The notes beneath the pieces were generated by a model. That model made no database searches. It saw nothing but the letters and a program-made list of their open reading frames with translations, and had not been told where the DNA came from. DNA of 64,000 nt from Gnetum montanum (Eukaryota; Plantae; Gnetophyta): positions 1,359,403 to 1,423,402 of the forward strand of contig MNCI01002813.1 of NCBI GenBank assembly GCA_015680685.1. The letters run 5' to 3'. Numbering within the stretch: position 1 is the first letter of the stretch; each line of letters begins with the position of its first letter. This document shows, piece after piece, positions 63,346 through 64,000 of this stretch. The position numbers and the translations under genes are program-made.

Positions 63346-64000
63346 TTAAGTTACAAAGTTCTAACTATACTATATATCTTAGGGTGTACATATATTACAT
63401 TATTTCATGATTCTAGGACACCAACACACCCCACACCCCCCCCCCCCTTCCCCCACACCTCTCTCTTATTAATGATGTTTTTTTCTAATCTTTTTATAGA
63501 AGCCAAAGGATCATGAAAGATCAAGGCCATTATGAAACACTTTTGAAAAACTAATAATGGGTCTTTAATCATTATAAATGGTGCCCAAGCATGTTTTCAA
63601 AGTTGGAGGACCCTCACAACCATGTTAGAAAAGACCAAAAGGAGAACGTGGTAGAGCAAGAGGACATAGAAGAGACCAACCAAAAGAGTGCCATGCAAAA
63701 GAGTAAGACAATACAACAACCTACACCACAAACTCAACAATCAGCACAAGAAAAACCAATGTGAGATGTATCTAAAGTAGGGACCAATTGTCCTAGTTAC
63801 AAAAATGAGCCTTTTTAGATACCCCATTCATCTCAATGAGTAGTGAGATAAGTTATGGTATGTAGTCAAATTTCTTCATCAAATCAACAAGCAATCCATC
63901 AACCTTCAAACTCACCCCTTTCCTTGAAGCTACCCATAACTGTGTATTCAAAAGTGTGATTTTAGTAATACTGAACTATATTAAAAATGTTGAGGTTTAT

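Overview
Land-plant nuclear DNA (AT-rich, CG/CHG-depleted, repeat-dense, short-read gaps). Bases 1-11.6 kb hold the last seven coding exons of a mitochondrial pyruvate dehydrogenase E2 gene (LTA3-like, + strand). It has a 9.6-kb intron full of LINE, SINE and LTR debris, one GC-AG intron and an altered catalytic motif (DHRVFNY instead of DHRxxDG). The rest is nested Ty3/Gypsy retrotransposons. An Athila-like element B (- strand, 23271-61987, CCCAT target-site duplication) contains a second Athila-like element A (+, 27205-39783, with an env-like ORF) and an Ogre/Tat-like element D (-, ~41855-59443). The most striking feature lies in D between protease and RT: an antisense 8-exon/7-intron gene (~1,090 codons, now decayed). 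It encodes an apparently catalytically dead FCP1/NIF-type HAD phosphatase domain, a plant-transposon-protein-like domain, and coiled-coil/acidic regions. D also carries three clusters of a covarying hairpin+UAAACU motif. All family assignments are by eye from motifs; no searches were run.
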